A stretch of DNA of 64,000 nt, from contig JAWKWN010000003.1 of the NCBI GenBank assembly GCA_041397505.1, forward strand, positions 14,508 through 78,507, read 5' to 3'. Position 1 is the stretch's first letter; the number at the start of each line of letters is the position of its first letter. Source of the stretch: Nitratireductor sp. (GTDB lineage: Bacteria > Pseudomonadota > Alphaproteobacteria > Rhizobiales > Rhizobiaceae). The notes beneath the pieces are model-generated. The model was given only the letters and a program-made list of their open reading frames with translations, was not told the DNA's origin and made no database searches. The position numbers were made by a program, and so were the translations under genes. Below, in pieces: positions 1 through 11,531 of this stretch.

Positions 1-65
1 GGTGGCAGGAATTTCCACTAGGCCGTTGTCGCGTCTCCAATCAACCGTGAAAACGCATGCAGACC

Positions 66-986
66 TCAATGGCCCTTGATGAAACTGCCGGTATTGAGAT
101 CCCGCATTGCCTGCATCAGTTCTTCACGTGTGTTCATCACGATGGGACCATGCCAGGCGATGGGCTCGCGGATCGGTGCGCCCGATACCAGCAGGAAACG
201 CATTCCCTCGTCGCCCGCCTCAACCACTACCTCATCGCCGGAGCCGAACAGGACCATGGTACGATTGCCGCTCATGTCCCGCAGGAGGATTTCCTCACCC
301 TCGAATTCCTTCTCGCTCAACACGCCCCTCGGCGCGGAAGCATCGGCAAACCGGCCGGCACCCTCGAAGACATAGGCAAAGGCGCGACGATGGGTGTCGA
401 CCTTGAACCGTTTGCGTTTCAGCGGCGGGATGGAAATATCGAGGTAGCCAGGTTCCGCTGCAATTCCGTCAACAGGCCCGGATATGCCCTTGTATGAACC
501 GCAAATCACCCGGATTGCTGTTCCGTCATCATCGCCAATGACCGGTATCTCGCCAGATTTGACATCCTGATAACGCGGATCCGTCATTTTCAGATTGGAC
601 GGCAGATTGGCCCAGAGCTGAAATCCGTGCATCCGACCCAGCACATCTCCCTTTGGCATTTCCTGATGCAATATGCCGCTTCCAGCCGTCATCCATTGCA
701 CATCACCAGCCGCCAGATTACCACGATTGCCAAGGCTGTCGCCATGTTCGACGGTGCCGGCCAGCACATAGGTAATGGTTTCGATACCGCGATGAGGGTG
801 CCAGGGAAAACCCTTCAGGTAGTCGGCCGGCCGCTCATTGCGAAAATCATCAAACAGAAGAAACGGATCCGCCATTTCCGGCTCGCTGAAACCGAAGGCT
901 CGATGCAGGTGAACACCGGCACCTTCCATGGTTGGTTTGGCATTGAGGACACGGCTAACGGGTCTGATCGACATCACTGGCTCCAT
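66..986 (-). CDS. pirin family protein
   Basis: 307-aa ORF 66..989 with the pirin cupin motifs (FPWHPHRGIETITYVLAG, GDVQWMTAGSGILHQE). The ORF opens with TTG at 989. ATG codons at 986 and 974 are alternative starts. Confidence 0.9.
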   Translation of the reverse strand: MEPVMSIRPVSRVLNAKPTMEGAGVHLHRAFGFSEPEMADPFLLFDDFRNERPADYLKGFPWHPHRGIETITYVLAGTVEHGDSLGNRGNLAAGDVQWMTAGSGILHQEMPKGDVLGRMHGFQLWANLPSNLKMTDPRYQDVKSGEIPVIGDDDGTAIRVICGSYKGISGPVDGIAAEPGYLDISIPPLKRKRFKVDTHRRAFAYVFEGAGRFADASAPRGVLSEKEFEGEEILLRDMSGNRTMVLFGSGDEVVVEAGDEGMRFLLVSGAPIREPIAWHGPIVMNTREELMQAMRDLNTGSFIKGH

Positions 987-1000
987 CAAGGGGACTGGGT

Positions 1001-1032
1001 TCAGCGGCTGAAAGACATATCAGCGGCTGAAA
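1001..1032. repeat. two copies of TCAGCGGCTGAAA (each holding the 11-bp near-palindrome TCAGCgGCTGA), 19-bp period, upstream of pirin
   Basis: Read directly: copies at 1001-1013 and 1020-1032, separated by gacata. Confidence 0.6.
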
Positions 1033-1210
1033 CTGCTCGTTGTTCAAAGCAACATATGAGGCCGGGAACCGAAATCGCAAATAGCGGACACATCAACGCA
1101 GTGTTCACACCCGGCGACATTGAAAACGATTCAAGGGGAAAGTTGAAAGGGAAAGATGTGAGCGCCAGTCGGATTGTGACTGAAGGACCAGAATTCAAGT
1201 GATTGAAAAC

Positions 1211-1285
1211 TGGAGCGGGCGAGGCGATTCGAACGCCCGACCCCAACCTTGGCAAGGTTGTGCTCTACCCCTGAGCTACGCCCGC
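1211..1285 (-). tRNA. tRNA-Gly (anticodon GCC)
   Basis: Reverse complement is GCGGGCGTAGCTCAGGGGTAGAGCACAACCTTGCCAAGGTTGGGGTCGGGCGTTCGAATCGCCTCGCCCGCTCCA. It folds as a cloverleaf with a 7-bp acceptor stem, anticodon loop CTTGCCAA, T-loop TTCGAAT and 3' CCA. Confidence 0.92.
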
Positions 1286-1506
1286 TCACATGCAAGACCG
1301 GCTCACCGGCTTGCGCGGCTGTATGGCGCAAGCCGAAAATGATTGCAACAGGAATTTTGGCCGAATGCGATTAGATTTATCCCTGGTGAACAGCATGTCT
1401 GCAATGGCGGGAAGAGGCCGGTCAGGACCTGGAGCTGGATTTCAATTGCAATTCGGCCAATACAGCATTCATCCAGCATCGAGAAACCAGCCGGAAGCGA
1501 TATGTC

Positions 1507-1999
1507 ATGTCCGACCAACTGCCTTTGACGACACCCGCGACGCCAGAAGAGTTGTTTGCGCTTCTCGACAAGCTCGCCATCGCCCATTCCACCACACAGC
1601 ACGAGGCTGTGTTCACGGTTGAAGAGAGTGCACATATCAAGGGCATGATACCGGGTGGCCACACGAAGAACCTGTTCGTGAAGGACAAGAAGGACAATTA
1701 CTTCCTGATCGTCGCCGGGGTCGGCCCGCATTGCGATGAATCATGTCCACCCGCTGATCGGAGCACAAACAAGGGTTTCATTCGCAAATGCCGAGAAATT
1801 GATGGAGTATCTCGGGGTTCAACCCGGATCGGTTACCGCCTTTGCGCCCATGAATGATCATGCCAACCGCGTACAGGTGATCATTGACGAACCCCTGTTT
1901 GAACATGAGCTGATCAATTGCCACCTGTTGACGAACACCATGACCACCACCATTTCCAGAGAGGACCTGTTGAAGTTCCTCACCCATGTCCGGTCATGA
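1507..1999 (+). pseudogene. YbaK/ProX-type aminoacyl-tRNA editing domain protein, one frameshift near 1722
   Basis: ORFs 1507..1857 and 1736..1999 together make one YbaK/EbsC-like protein (...HTKNLFVKDKKDNYFLIVAG | ARIAMNHVHPLIGAQ...). The frame changes at gtcggccc. Confidence 0.75.
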
Positions 2000-2120
2000 G
2001 CCGAGGATAGTCCGCCTTTCAACGCCCATTGACAGTTGATAGGGTCGGGTGCCGAAAAATTGCGCATGACGACGGATTTCGGTTGATGGCAGTGGGCATC
2101 GGTCGGCAAGGAGCATTACG

Positions 2121-3150
2121 ATGAGTAACGAGAACGAAAAATCCGCCACGGAATATGGGACGAGTTTTGGCCAGTCCTATGGAGGCGGATACAATCAGGG
2201 CGGCATTTCAGCCGGATATGATCTTGGCAATGCTGCCACCCAATCCGCACAGGCCCCGGGAATGAACTACGGGGCACTGCTCCAGCTCCGGTCAAGGACA
2301 TCACGACCGCACAATTCATGCAGGAAGTGATAGAAGCATCGAAAATGCAGCCGGTTCTGGTTGATTTCTGGGCACCATGGTGCGGCCCCTGCCGGCAATT
2401 GGGACCAATGATCGAGAAGGTCGTTGCCGAAAGCCGGGGTGCTGTAGTTCTGGTCAAGATGAATATCGACGAGCATCCCGAAATTGCCGGTCGCATGAAC
2501 ATCCAGTCCATTCCTGCCGTCGTCGCGTTTGTCGACGGGCAGCCAAAGTCTGCCTTCATGGGCGCAAAGCCTGAAAGCGAGATCCGCAAGTTCATCGAGG
2601 CGCTGGCCGGACCCATCGGAGCATCGCCGGTTGATACCATGCTGGAGGAGGCAGCAATGCTTTCCCAATCCGGTGATCTGGAAGGCGCTGCCGTACTCTA
2701 CAGTTCGGTTCTTCAGCATGAACCCGACAATGCCACTGCCCTGGCGGGCGTCGGCATGCTGTATCTGGGCGACGGAAACCTGGATCAGGCAGAAGCGATA
2801 CTGAATGCCATTCCTGAAACCAAATCAGCAGAACCCGCAGTCCTGGCTTTTCGCGCGGCCCTTGATCTCGCCCTGCAGGCGGCAAGTCTTGGCGACACAG
2901 CCGAACTCGATGCAAAGGTTGCTGCCAAACCCAGGACTGGCAGGCGCGCTTCGACCTTGCAATCGCTCTGAATGCGCGGGGCCGGAAAGAAGAGGCGGCT
3001 GATCAGCTGCTCGAGATCATTCGTCGCGACCGCAAATGGAATGACGATGGTGCGCGTTCGCAATTGTTGCAATTCTTCGAGGCCTGGGGGCCGACCGACC
3101 CCGATACGCTCTCCGCCCGGCGCAAGCTTTCCTCTGCATTGTTCGCTTGA
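2121..3150 (+). pseudogene. thioredoxin-domain plus TPR protein (YbbN/CnoX-like), two frameshifts near 2272 and 2931
   Basis: Gly-rich N-terminus in frame 0. The Trx domain with WCGPC and the TPR region follow in ORF 2318..2971. The C-terminus DWQARFDLAIALNARGRKEEAADQLLEIIRRDRKWNDDGARSQLLQFFEAWG...SALFA* is in a third frame and ends at 3150. The shifts sit at a GGGG run and a CCC run. Confidence 0.8.
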
Positions 3151-3205
3151 TCAGGGTGCCTTGAGATTAATTCCTGGTGACACACATTGCAGTGACAGGA
3201 GTACG

Positions 3206-3879
3206 ATGATGAAGGCAGGAAACAAGAGCTACCTCAAGACGGCGGACATACCGACAAAAGTTCCGGTGTTTCCGCTATCGGGGCACTGCTGCTGCCCGGA
3301 GGGCAGATGCCGCTCAACATCTTCGAGCCGCGTTATCTGGCGATGATCGATGACGCTTTGTGGTGAACGGCTCATCGCCATGGTTCAACCACGCTTCGAC
3401 GCAGAGCCAACACCGGGTTCCCAAGATGCTGACCTGTGTGAAATGGGTTGCCTGGGCCGCATCACCGCCTTCCAGGAAAGCGGCGACGGGCGCTATCTCA
3501 TTACCCTTTCGGGGATTTGCCGCTACCGTATCCTGCGCGAAGTAGAGGGCAAGAACGGATACCGGCGGTGCGAGATCGCTGTTTATGGCGCTGATCTATC
3601 CGGAGAGGATGATGGCGCCGACGTCGACCGCGAGGCACTTCTTGCCACATTCCGCAAATATCTCGAGACAAACGGAATGGAGGCGGATTGGGATTCGGTA
3701 CGCAAGGCCAGCAATGAAACCCTGGTCACGGCATTGTGCATGATGAGCCCCTACGGACTGCCGAAAAACAGGCATTGCTGGAAGCTGACGATCTCAAATC
3801 TCGCGCAGACACACTTGTCGCCATTACCGAGATTGCCCTTGCAAGGCAGGATGGCAATTCCGGCAACACGCTGCAATGA
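3206..3879 (+). pseudogene. LON peptidase substrate-binding (LON N-terminal) domain protein, three frameshifts near 3281, 3355 and 3762
   Basis: MMKAGN...VPVFPLSG | ALLLPGGQMPLNIFEPRYLAMIDDAL | GERLIAMVQP...MSPYG | AEKQALLEADDLKSRADTLVAITEIALARQDGNSGNTLQ* was reassembled from three frames. Confidence 0.75.
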
Positions 3880-3892
3880 AGCATTACCGGCC

Positions 3893-4101
3893 ATGAATTC
3901 CAGGACCGTAGGCAAGCAGAAGACGGACCTGATCCGAAAATGCTGGAAATGCTCAGTTGCCCACTGACCCATACGGTACTGCATTATGATCGGGAAAAGC
4001 AGGAACTCGTTTCCCGGCCGCCCGTCTTGCTTTCCCGGTGCGTGACGGGATTCGGTCATGCTTGCCTCGAAGCGCGGCAACTCGAAGACGACGAAGATTG
4101 A
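3893..4101 (+). pseudogene. Trm112 family (UPF0434) small protein, about three frameshifts in 210 bp
   Basis: DPKMLEMLSCPLTHTVLHYDREKQELVSR, AARLAFPVRDGI and VMLASEARQLEDDED* lie in different frames. The breaks are at gacct (3928), cccgg (4016) and attcgg (4053). Confidence 0.65.
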
Positions 4102-5378
4102 TCAGATCGGCTGCCCGGCGAGCAGTTTTTGGTGCGCCTTTCTGGTTACCTGCAGCCTGGAAATGAAATACTGCTTCATGCCCGGCATCCGGTCGACCAG
4201 ACCCAATCCGACATCACGGGTGATTCTGAGCAACGGGTTATCGTTCGAAAACAGCCGGTTCAACACATCCGTGGTAACGCCCATCTGAACCGTGTCGAAG
4301 CGTCTCCACATCTGATAGCGCTCCAAACCGCCATCGAGCCATAATCCAGTCCCAACCGGTGTGCCTCGACCACGGTTTCTGCAAGTGCTGCCGCATCGTT
4401 GAAGCCGAGATTGAGCCCCGCCCGCAATCGGATGCACGCCATGGGCCGCATCGCCAGCGAGCGCAAACCTTTCGCGGACAAACTCCCTTGCAAGCGTCAG
4501 TCCAAGTGGAAATGCCCGCCTCGGTCCCTCGACCGTGATTTCGCCAAGCTTGTGACCAAAGCGCTGTTCCAGTTCCAGATCAAAGGCGAAATCATCGCAG
4601 GCCATCAGCCGCTTCGCATCTGCCGTGCGCTCGGTCCAGACAAGCGAGGAACGGTTTCCCTTCAAAGGCAAAATCGCGAACGGACCAGCGGGCGGAAATG
4701 CTCCCGCCCGGCCCTCATGTGGGCGCTCATGGGCTACCGTGACTACAATTCCCATCTGGTCATAGGGCCAGTGAACCGCCTTGATCCCTGCAGCGTCGCG
4801 CAATTTCGAACGAACACCGTCCGCTGCAATCAACAGCCTTGCCTCAAGCCGATGTCCCGATTGCATGGTGATCATGACGGATGCGGGTCCCGTTTCAAAA
4901 CCAGTCACACTGTCGCCATGGACAAGTGAAATCCCGGTCTCCAGGGCCTTTTCCCGCAGCGCTTTTACCAGCGATCGATTGGGCATCATATGCGCGAACG
5001 GCGCATCATGGTTGCCTTCGCTTGTACCATCCGCACCACGACTACCGGCAAAGGTAAGGAAGACGGGCCGAGTGGCATCCGCCAGTTGCTGTCAGTCACG
5101 ATCATTTCGCGGATCGGCTGCGCGTCCTGCGCTATCCTTTCCCAGATACCCAATTCATCCAGCATTCGGGTCGCGGCAGCTGCAATCGCCGAAGCACGGT
5201 TATCGTTCTCGACCGCCTCGGCAGGTGCCGCATCAATCACCGTGACGCCAATTGTCGGCGCTGCCGAGCGGATCGCCACTGCCGTGCAAAGTCCCACATA
5301 ACCGCCACCTGCAATCACGATCTGGTCGTGATTGGCTGACTTTTTTGCTTCGGCACTTGCTGCATCGCTGTGTTTCAT
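4102..5378 (-). pseudogene. UbiH/UbiF/COQ6-family FAD-dependent ubiquinone hydroxylase, at least three frameshifts
   Basis: N-terminal Rossmann motif DQIVIAGGGYVGL is in ORF 4986..5561, with the ATG at 5378. The frame changes near 5090. A compensated out-of-frame patch at 4325-4420 replaces the conserved GQGLNLGFNDAAALAE motif, which is readable in ORF 4260..4493. Confidence 0.8.
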
Positions 5379-5487
5379 CAGACACTTCCCTTTTGATGCC
5401 ATACTGGTTAGCACATTCATGGTCATGCTGCCATCGAACAGGGTGCCGCATGACCAGTGCAAAATTATGACCGGAAGCAGGTTTGCC

Positions 5488-6369
5488 ATGTCCAGAGCCG
5501 TTGAAACACTGATGGAAATCCTTGATCTGGAGACCCTGGAACGAAATCTGGTCCGTGGCACGTCTCCGAAATCCGGCTGGCAAAGGGTCTTTGGCGGGCA
5601 GGTTATCGGTCAGGCCTTGATTGCTGCCCAAAGGACAGTTCAAGCCGACCGCAACGTGCACTCGCTGCATTGTTATTTCATGCGACCGGGTGATCCTGAA
5701 ACACCCATCATCTATGAGGTGGACCGCATACGCGATGGCGGCTCCTTTACCACCCGCCGGGTTGTTGCCATCCAGCATGGGCATGCGATCTTTTCCCTGT
5801 CCTGTTCATTCCAGATCAGGGAGGCAGGCCTCGAGCACTATATGGAAATGGGCCAGGTGACACCGCCCGAAGAACTGCCGGGCACGGCAGAACTCGTCGA
5901 GAAATTCGGCGAACAGGTGCCTGAGAACATCCGCAATTACTGGAAGCGCGACCGCCCGGTTGAGCTTCGCCCGGTTGACCTGACGCATTATGTCTCGAAC
6001 CGCAAACTGGACCCCCGACAGCAGGTCTGGTTCCGCGCGACCGGTGAATTGCCTGACAACGACGCCATACAGGCAGCAATTCTTGCTTATGCCTCGGACA
6101 TGACGTTGCTGGATACCTCACTTTTCGCCCATGGACGCGCAGTCTTCGACCCGGCAATCCAGGTCGCAAGCCTTGACCATGCGATCTGGTTTCACCGGCC
6201 GGCCAGGATGCAGGACTGGCATCTCTACCTTCAGGATAGCCCCAACAGCTCCGGCGCAAGAGGCTTCAATCGCGGTTCTATCTATACAAGGGATGGCGTC
6301 CTCGTTGCTTCGGTCGCTCAGGAAGGCCTGATCCGCCTTCGTAGTGAGGATCTTCCCGCTGGGCACTAG
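5488..6369 (+). CDS. tesB: acyl-CoA thioesterase II
   Basis: ORF 5332..6369 is TesB-like throughout (LDLETLERNLVRG..., VHSLHCYFMRPGDP, SLDHAIWFHRP). I chose the internal Met (MSRAVETL) because the 5' extension overlaps the divergent ubiH-like start. An alternative ATG lies at 5467. Confidence 0.85.
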   Translation: MSRAVETLMEILDLETLERNLVRGTSPKSGWQRVFGGQVIGQALIAAQRTVQADRNVHSLHCYFMRPGDPETPIIYEVDRIRDGGSFTTRRVVAIQHGHAIFSLSCSFQIREAGLEHYMEMGQVTPPEELPGTAELVEKFGEQVPENIRNYWKRDRPVELRPVDLTHYVSNRKLDPRQQVWFRATGELPDNDAIQAAILAYASDMTLLDTSLFAHGRAVFDPAIQVASLDHAIWFHRPARMQDWHLYLQDSPNSSGARGFNRGSIYTRDGVLVASVAQEGLIRLRSEDLPAGH

Positions 6370-6506
6370 GGTTGATGCCAAAATAATAGGCAATCGTGCA
6401 GGAATGCCGAAATTTTAATCATTAATGAAATACTGACAGCCGGAAATTTGCCAAGAAACAAGGCAAAACACAGTCTTAACAAAGGGTTACCAATCATCCA
6501 CCGAGT

Positions 6507-6521
6507 TGGCACGGCATTTGA
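6507..6521 (+). promoter_or_regulatory. sigma-54 (-24/-12) promoter candidate for glnK-amtB
   Basis: TGGCAC-ggcat-TTGA matches the TGGCAC-N5-TTGC consensus except for the last base. It lies about 95 nt upstream of the glnK ATG. Confidence 0.55.
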
Positions 6522-6614
6522 ATGACCAGTTTCGGTCGGTCTGGAACGTGAGGTTCCGGGGCCACCCGTAACCAGGACCAATATCAGGGTCTATGCAAAC
6601 GAACGGGTGATTGA

Positions 6615-6953
<339 letters not shown>

Positions 6954-6993
6954 GGCGACAGGCCCAGCGGTGTGTAACAGGGAATTTGAAAAC

Positions 6994-8398
6994 ATGAAAA
7001 ACCAAATGCAACAGACAGGTTCGACATCGAACCTCCAAAGCGGTTTCAGCCGCGGCCTCACGGGCTCCATTGCCGCGATGCTCGCAACAGTGGTTTCCAC
7101 CACTGCGGCTCTTGCCCAGACCACGACTGATGCGGCAGCTCCTGCTGCAGAAGCCGCTGCACCGATCATGGACAAGGGTGACACGGCATGGATGATGGTT
7201 TCCACCATCCTCGTTCTTTTCATGATCCTTCCCGGTCTTGCCCTTTTCTATGGCGGCCTGGTTCGGACCAAGAACATGCTTTCCGTACTCATGCAGTGCA
7301 CGATGATCACGGCAGTCGTCATCGTTATCTGGGTACTTTACGGATATTCCTTCGCCTTTGGCGGCGGCACCAGCCCCTATTGGGGTGGTCTCGGCAAATT
7401 GTTCCTGGCTGGCGTAACCATGGATTCTGACAGCGGCGACCTTTACTGATGGCGTTGTCATTCCCGAATATGTGTTCATCTGCTTCCAGATGACATTCGC
7501 CGCCATCACGCCGGCGCTGATTGTCGGCGCGTTTGCCGAGCGCATCAAGTTTTCGGCAGTGATCGCATTCGTGGTCCTGTGGGTCACCTTCGTCTACTTC
7601 CCGATCGCACACATGGTCTGGGACGGCGCAGGCCTGATCTTCAACATGGGTGCTCTCGACTTTGCCGGTGGCACGGTTGTTCACATCAATGCCGGTATCG
7701 CAGCCCTCATAGGTTCAATCCTGATCGGCAAGCGCGCTGGTCTGGGACGCGACATCATGGCTCCGCATTCCATGACCTTGACCATGGTAGGTGCTTCCAT
7801 GCTGTGGGTCGGCTGGTTCGGCTTCAACGCCGGTTCAAATCTTGAATCAAACGGCGGTGCCACATTGGCTATGATCAACACCTTCACAGCAACCGCGGGT
7901 GCCATCATTGCCTGGGCATTGATCGAGGCAGTATCTCGCGGCAAGGCCTCCATGCTGGGCGCAGCATCCGGCCTGGTAGCGGGTCTTGTCGCCGTCACAC
8001 CGGCTGCGGGCTCGGTTGGTCCGGTTGGTGCGATTGCGCTTGGCGCCATTGCAAGTCTTGTCTGCTACTTCTTCGTGGCAGTCGTGAAGGCGAAAGCCGG
8101 ATATGATGACAGCCTCGATGTCTTCGGCATCCATGGCATTGGCGGCATCGTCGGCGCTGTTGGCACCGGTATCTTCACCAGCCCGCTGCTGGGTGGAACA
8201 GGCGCCGAGGACTTCTCCATCGCAGCCCAGACCTGGATCCAGATCCAGGCAGTAGCCATCACCATCGTATGGTGCGGTGTGATCTCCTTCGTCCTCTACA
8301 AGATCGTCGACATGATCTTCGGACTGCGCGTCAGCGCCGAGGACGAAGCAACCGGTCTCGACCTTACCTCCCATGGTGAAGCTGCCTATCACAGCTGA
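6994..8398 (+). pseudogene. amtB: ammonium transporter AmtB, one frameshift near 7425
   Basis: Signal peptide plus TM1-3 are in the frame of ORF 6802..7449 (ATG at 6994). The rest is in ORF 7472..8398. The junction reads ...LFLAGVTMD | LTAATFTDGVVIPEYVFICFQMTFAAITPAL. Confidence 0.9.
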
Positions 8399-8478
8399 TA
8401 CCGCAACCCGGCCGGGCAACCGGCCGGTTTCCAATCCCGTCGGAATGTTTCGGCATCTGCCGCGACTTTCCAACAACT

Positions 8479-8505
8479 GGGCCCGGTTTTCCGGGCCCTT
8501 TTTTT
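8479..8505 (+). terminator. intrinsic terminator after amtB
   Basis: GGGCCCGG-tttt-CCGGGCCC hairpin followed by T7. A second GC hairpin (CCGGCCGG gcaa CCGGCCGG) lies at about 8408-8432. Confidence 0.75.
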
Positions 8506-8623
8506 GTTCAATCAAATCATGCGCCAACCTTGATGGTTAACAGCCCCTTAACCTTCGCCTTCTAGGGTCAGGTCATCCTGGCGTGGTGGGACTGTTCGTC
8601 TCGCCTGATTCGCCAATGGTTCG

Positions 8624-11389
8624 ATGATTTTGGTTCGGGGTGATGGGATGCAGGTTACCGGAGCGCGCGCAAGACAGGCAGCAGCTGGACAGGACAGGAT
8701 ATCAGGCTGGCTTTCCGGACAGATCGGTATCCTGGCAGGTCTCGCCATGCTGGCGGGCGTCGCATTTGTCTTTGCCAGCCTTGCAACCTGGAGCGTCAAT
8801 GATCCGAGCTTGTCCAATGCCAACGGAAACATTCCGCAGAATGCCGGAGGTTTTGCAGGTAGTGCCATTGCCGACCTGATCATGCAATTTGTTGGCCTTG
8901 CCGGTGTGGTCGTCCTTATACCGCCTGCGGTATGGGCCTGGCTCAAGATCCTGCAAAAGCCGGTCGGGCGCTGGCGCAACCGCCTCATCATGTGGCTTCC
9001 GTCGGTTCTGCTTGCTGCCGCAGCCCTTGGTTGCCTGCCAAGGCCGCAATCCTGGCCATTGCCAACCGGATTGGGCGGCGTGAGCGGTGACCTGATCCTG
9101 CGGATTCCCGGTTTGCTGACCGGCGGCTTTCCATCCGGAATTTTTGCTGTCCTTCTGGGCCTTGTCCTTGGAATTCTGTCGCTTGCAATCCTGCTGTTCT
9201 CCTCGGGCCTCACAGGTCGGCGTGGGGTTGATGACGCAGAATTGCTTTACGACATGGAAACGGGTGAACTGCTTGATGACGCGGCCGAAGATCGCGAACC
9301 GGGAATTATTCTGGGCGCACTGACACATTGGTATTTTTCTGCTCGCGCTTGGCTGCGCCGTCATCCCTCGCGACCTGCATATTCCAGGTCGGCGAATGTC
9401 CGCATCGACCCTGACATTGAAGGCGCACGCAATCGGCAGCCGCGTCCTTCCATTGCCGCTACCGCCCTTGGCTGGGTTCGTGATACCCATGCAAGGCTTG
9501 TGACGCCGCCAGATGACGGACTGGAGAATTTTGGCAAACCGCGATCTGACCGCGGTCGCGAACCGGCATTCGGGTCTGAAGAGGTGGATTTCGAGGATGA
9601 GGGTGACTATCTCACCGCGCCGGAAATGGCTCCGGAATATGGCGAAAACACCTATGATCCGGATGGTTTGGTATTTGCTGACGACGATGATGATGACGAC
9701 TTCGTCCAGCAGCCGCTGTCACGAAGCCCGGCAAGTTCCGCATCACCGCGTGGTGGCGAACCACCGGTCCAGCGGGTTCAGCCTCGCGTACAGGCCAACC
9801 CGGTCAAACTTCAGCCAGGTTCGCGTATTGTACGGGAAGCCCAGCCATCACTGATCCGCGACGAAGACGGCTTCGAGCTTCCTGAATTGATGCTTTTGAG
9901 CGAGCCACAGAAACTGTCTGCGGAAAAGATGATCAGTGCCGACGCTCTGGAGCAGAATGCACGGCTGCTGGAAGGCGTATTGGAGGATTTCGGCGTCAAG
10001 GGCGAAATCATAAAGGTCCATCCGGGCCCGGTGGTAACGCTTTACGAACTTGAACCGGCTCCCGGCATCAAGTCATCACGCGTGATTGGTCTTGCTGACG
10101 ACATTGCCCGCTCCATGAGTGCCATTGCCTGCCGCGTGGCAGTGGTTCCAGGTCGCAATGCGATCGGTATCGAGCTTCCCAATTCAAGCCGCGAAACCGT
10201 TTATCTTCGCGAGCTTCTGGCAAGTCGCGACTATGACAATAACAAGGGCCGTCTCCCACTGGTTCTGGGCAAGACCATTGGCGGGGAACCGGTCATTGCC
10301 GATCTGGCAAAGATGCCGCACCTGCTGGTGGCCGGCACTACCGGCTCCGGCAAGTCCGTGGCCATCAACACCATGATCCTGTCGGTTCTTTACCGGCTGT
10401 CACCCGAGCAGGTACGCATGATCATGATTGACCCGAAAATGCTGGAGCTTTCGATTTATGACGGCATTCCGCATCTCCTCACGCCTGTCGTGACGGATCC
10501 GAAAAAGGCAGTTGTCGCGCTCAAATGGACCGTCCGCGAGATGGAAGAACGCTACAAGAAGATGTCCAAGGTCGGTGTTCGCAATATCGACGGCTTCAAC
10601 ACCCGAATCGAGCAGGCGAAAAAGAAGGGCGAATCCATTTCGCGCACTGTTCAGACCGGCTATGACCGCGAGACCGGCGAGGCAATCTACGAGACCGAGG
10701 ATCTCGAACTCGAAGCAATGCCATATATCGTGGTCATCATCGACGAAATGGCCGACCTGATGATGGTTGCCGGAAAGGACATCGAAGGAGCGATCCAGCG
10801 CCTTGCACAGATGGCTCGTGCCGCCGGTATTCACGTCATCATGGCAACCCAGCGGCCATCGGTCGATGTCATCACCGGCACGATCAAGGCGAATTTCCCG
10901 ACACGCATTTCGTTCCAGGTCACATCGAAGATCGATTCGCGCACCATTCTCGGTGAACAGGGTGCCGAACAGCTCCTTGGCATGGGCGACATGCTGTACA
11001 TGGCCGGTGGCGGCCGGATCCAGCGTGTACACGGTCCGTTCGTTTCGGATGATGAAGTCGAGAAGGTGGTCAATCACCTCAAGACCCAGGGCGTTCCACA
11101 ATATCTTGAATCGGTTACCAGCGAGGATGACGAAGGTGGATATGAAGGCGGCGAAGGCCCGGCGGGAACAGACGCGCTGGCCGGCTCCAATGATCTTTAT
11201 GATCAGGCGGTTGCCGTCGTTCTGCGCGACCGCAAGGTTTCCACCAGCTATATCCAGCGTCGCCTCGGCATTGGCTATAATCGTGCTGCCTCACTCATAG
11301 AACGCATGGAACAGGAAGGCCTTATCGGCGCTGCCAACCATGCCGGCAAGCGGGAGATACTTGTTCCGGGCGAGAATGAAACAATTTGA
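8624..11389 (+). CDS. ftsK: DNA translocase FtsK
   Basis: 921-aa intact ORF with N-terminal TM segments, an acidic/Pro-rich linker (DDDDDDD), the motor domain with Walker A GTTGSGKS, and a gamma winged-helix C-terminus ([21 protein letters not shown]). Confidence 0.95.
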   Translation: MILVRGDGMQVTGARARQAAAGQDRISGWLSGQIGILAGLAMLAGVAFVFASLATWSVNDPSLSNANGNIPQNAGGFAGSAIADLIMQFVGLAGVVVLIPPAVWAWLKILQKPVGRWRNRLIMWLPSVLLAAAALGCLPRPQSWPLPTGLGGVSGDLILRIPGLLTGGFPSGIFAVLLGLVLGILSLAILLFSSGLTGRRGVDDAELLYDMETGELLDDAAEDREPGIILGALTHWYFSARAWLRRHPSRPAYSRSANVRIDPDIEGARNRQPRPSIAATALGWVRDTHARLVTPPDDGLENFGKPRSDRGREPAFGSEEVDFEDEGDYLTAPEMAPEYGENTYDPDGLVFADDDDDDDFVQQPLSRSPASSASPRGGEPPVQRVQPRVQANPVKLQPGSRIVREAQPSLIRDEDGFELPELMLLSEPQKLSAEKMISADALEQNARLLEGVLEDFGVKGEIIKVHPGPVVTLYELEPAPGIKSSRVIGLADDIARSMSAIACRVAVVPGRNAIGIELPNSSRETVYLRELLASRDYDNNKGRLPLVLGKTIGGEPVIADLAKMPHLLVAGTTGSGKSVAINTMILSVLYRLSPEQVRMIMIDPKMLELSIYDGIPHLLTPVVTDPKKAVVALKWTVREMEERYKKMSKVGVRNIDGFNTRIEQAKKKGESISRTVQTGYDRETGEAIYETEDLELEAMPYIVVIIDEMADLMMVAGKDIEGAIQRLAQMARAAGIHVIMATQRPSVDVITGTIKANFPTRISFQVTSKIDSRTILGEQGAEQLLGMGDMLYMAGGGRIQRVHGPFVSDDEVEKVVNHLKTQGVPQYLESVTSEDDEGGYEGGEGPAGTDALAGSNDLYDQAVAVVLRDRKVSTSYIQRRLGIGYNRAASLIERMEQEGLIGAANHAGKREILVPGENETI

Positions 11390-11531
11390 CGGTCACTTCA
11401 CATCTTGCAGCAACGCAAGACAGACAATGACCTCGACATGGCCATGATTGGTCACCACTGCAGGGCATTCGTCTTGCAATTATTGAGATTCATGAGACTG
11501 CAGCACCCATGGCTGCTACCGGAGAATAACG

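Noticed and set aside
1211-1285. tRNA-Gly as a possible genomic-island integration site
   Set aside because: No integrase, no direct repeat of the tRNA 3' end and no atypical gene content on either side. The flanking genes are ordinary core genes.
9670-9710. Run of GAT/GAC codons (poly-Asp) in ftsK as a possible repeat or slippage site
   Set aside because: It lies in the naturally low-complexity acidic linker of FtsK and is in frame. It is not a structured repeat.
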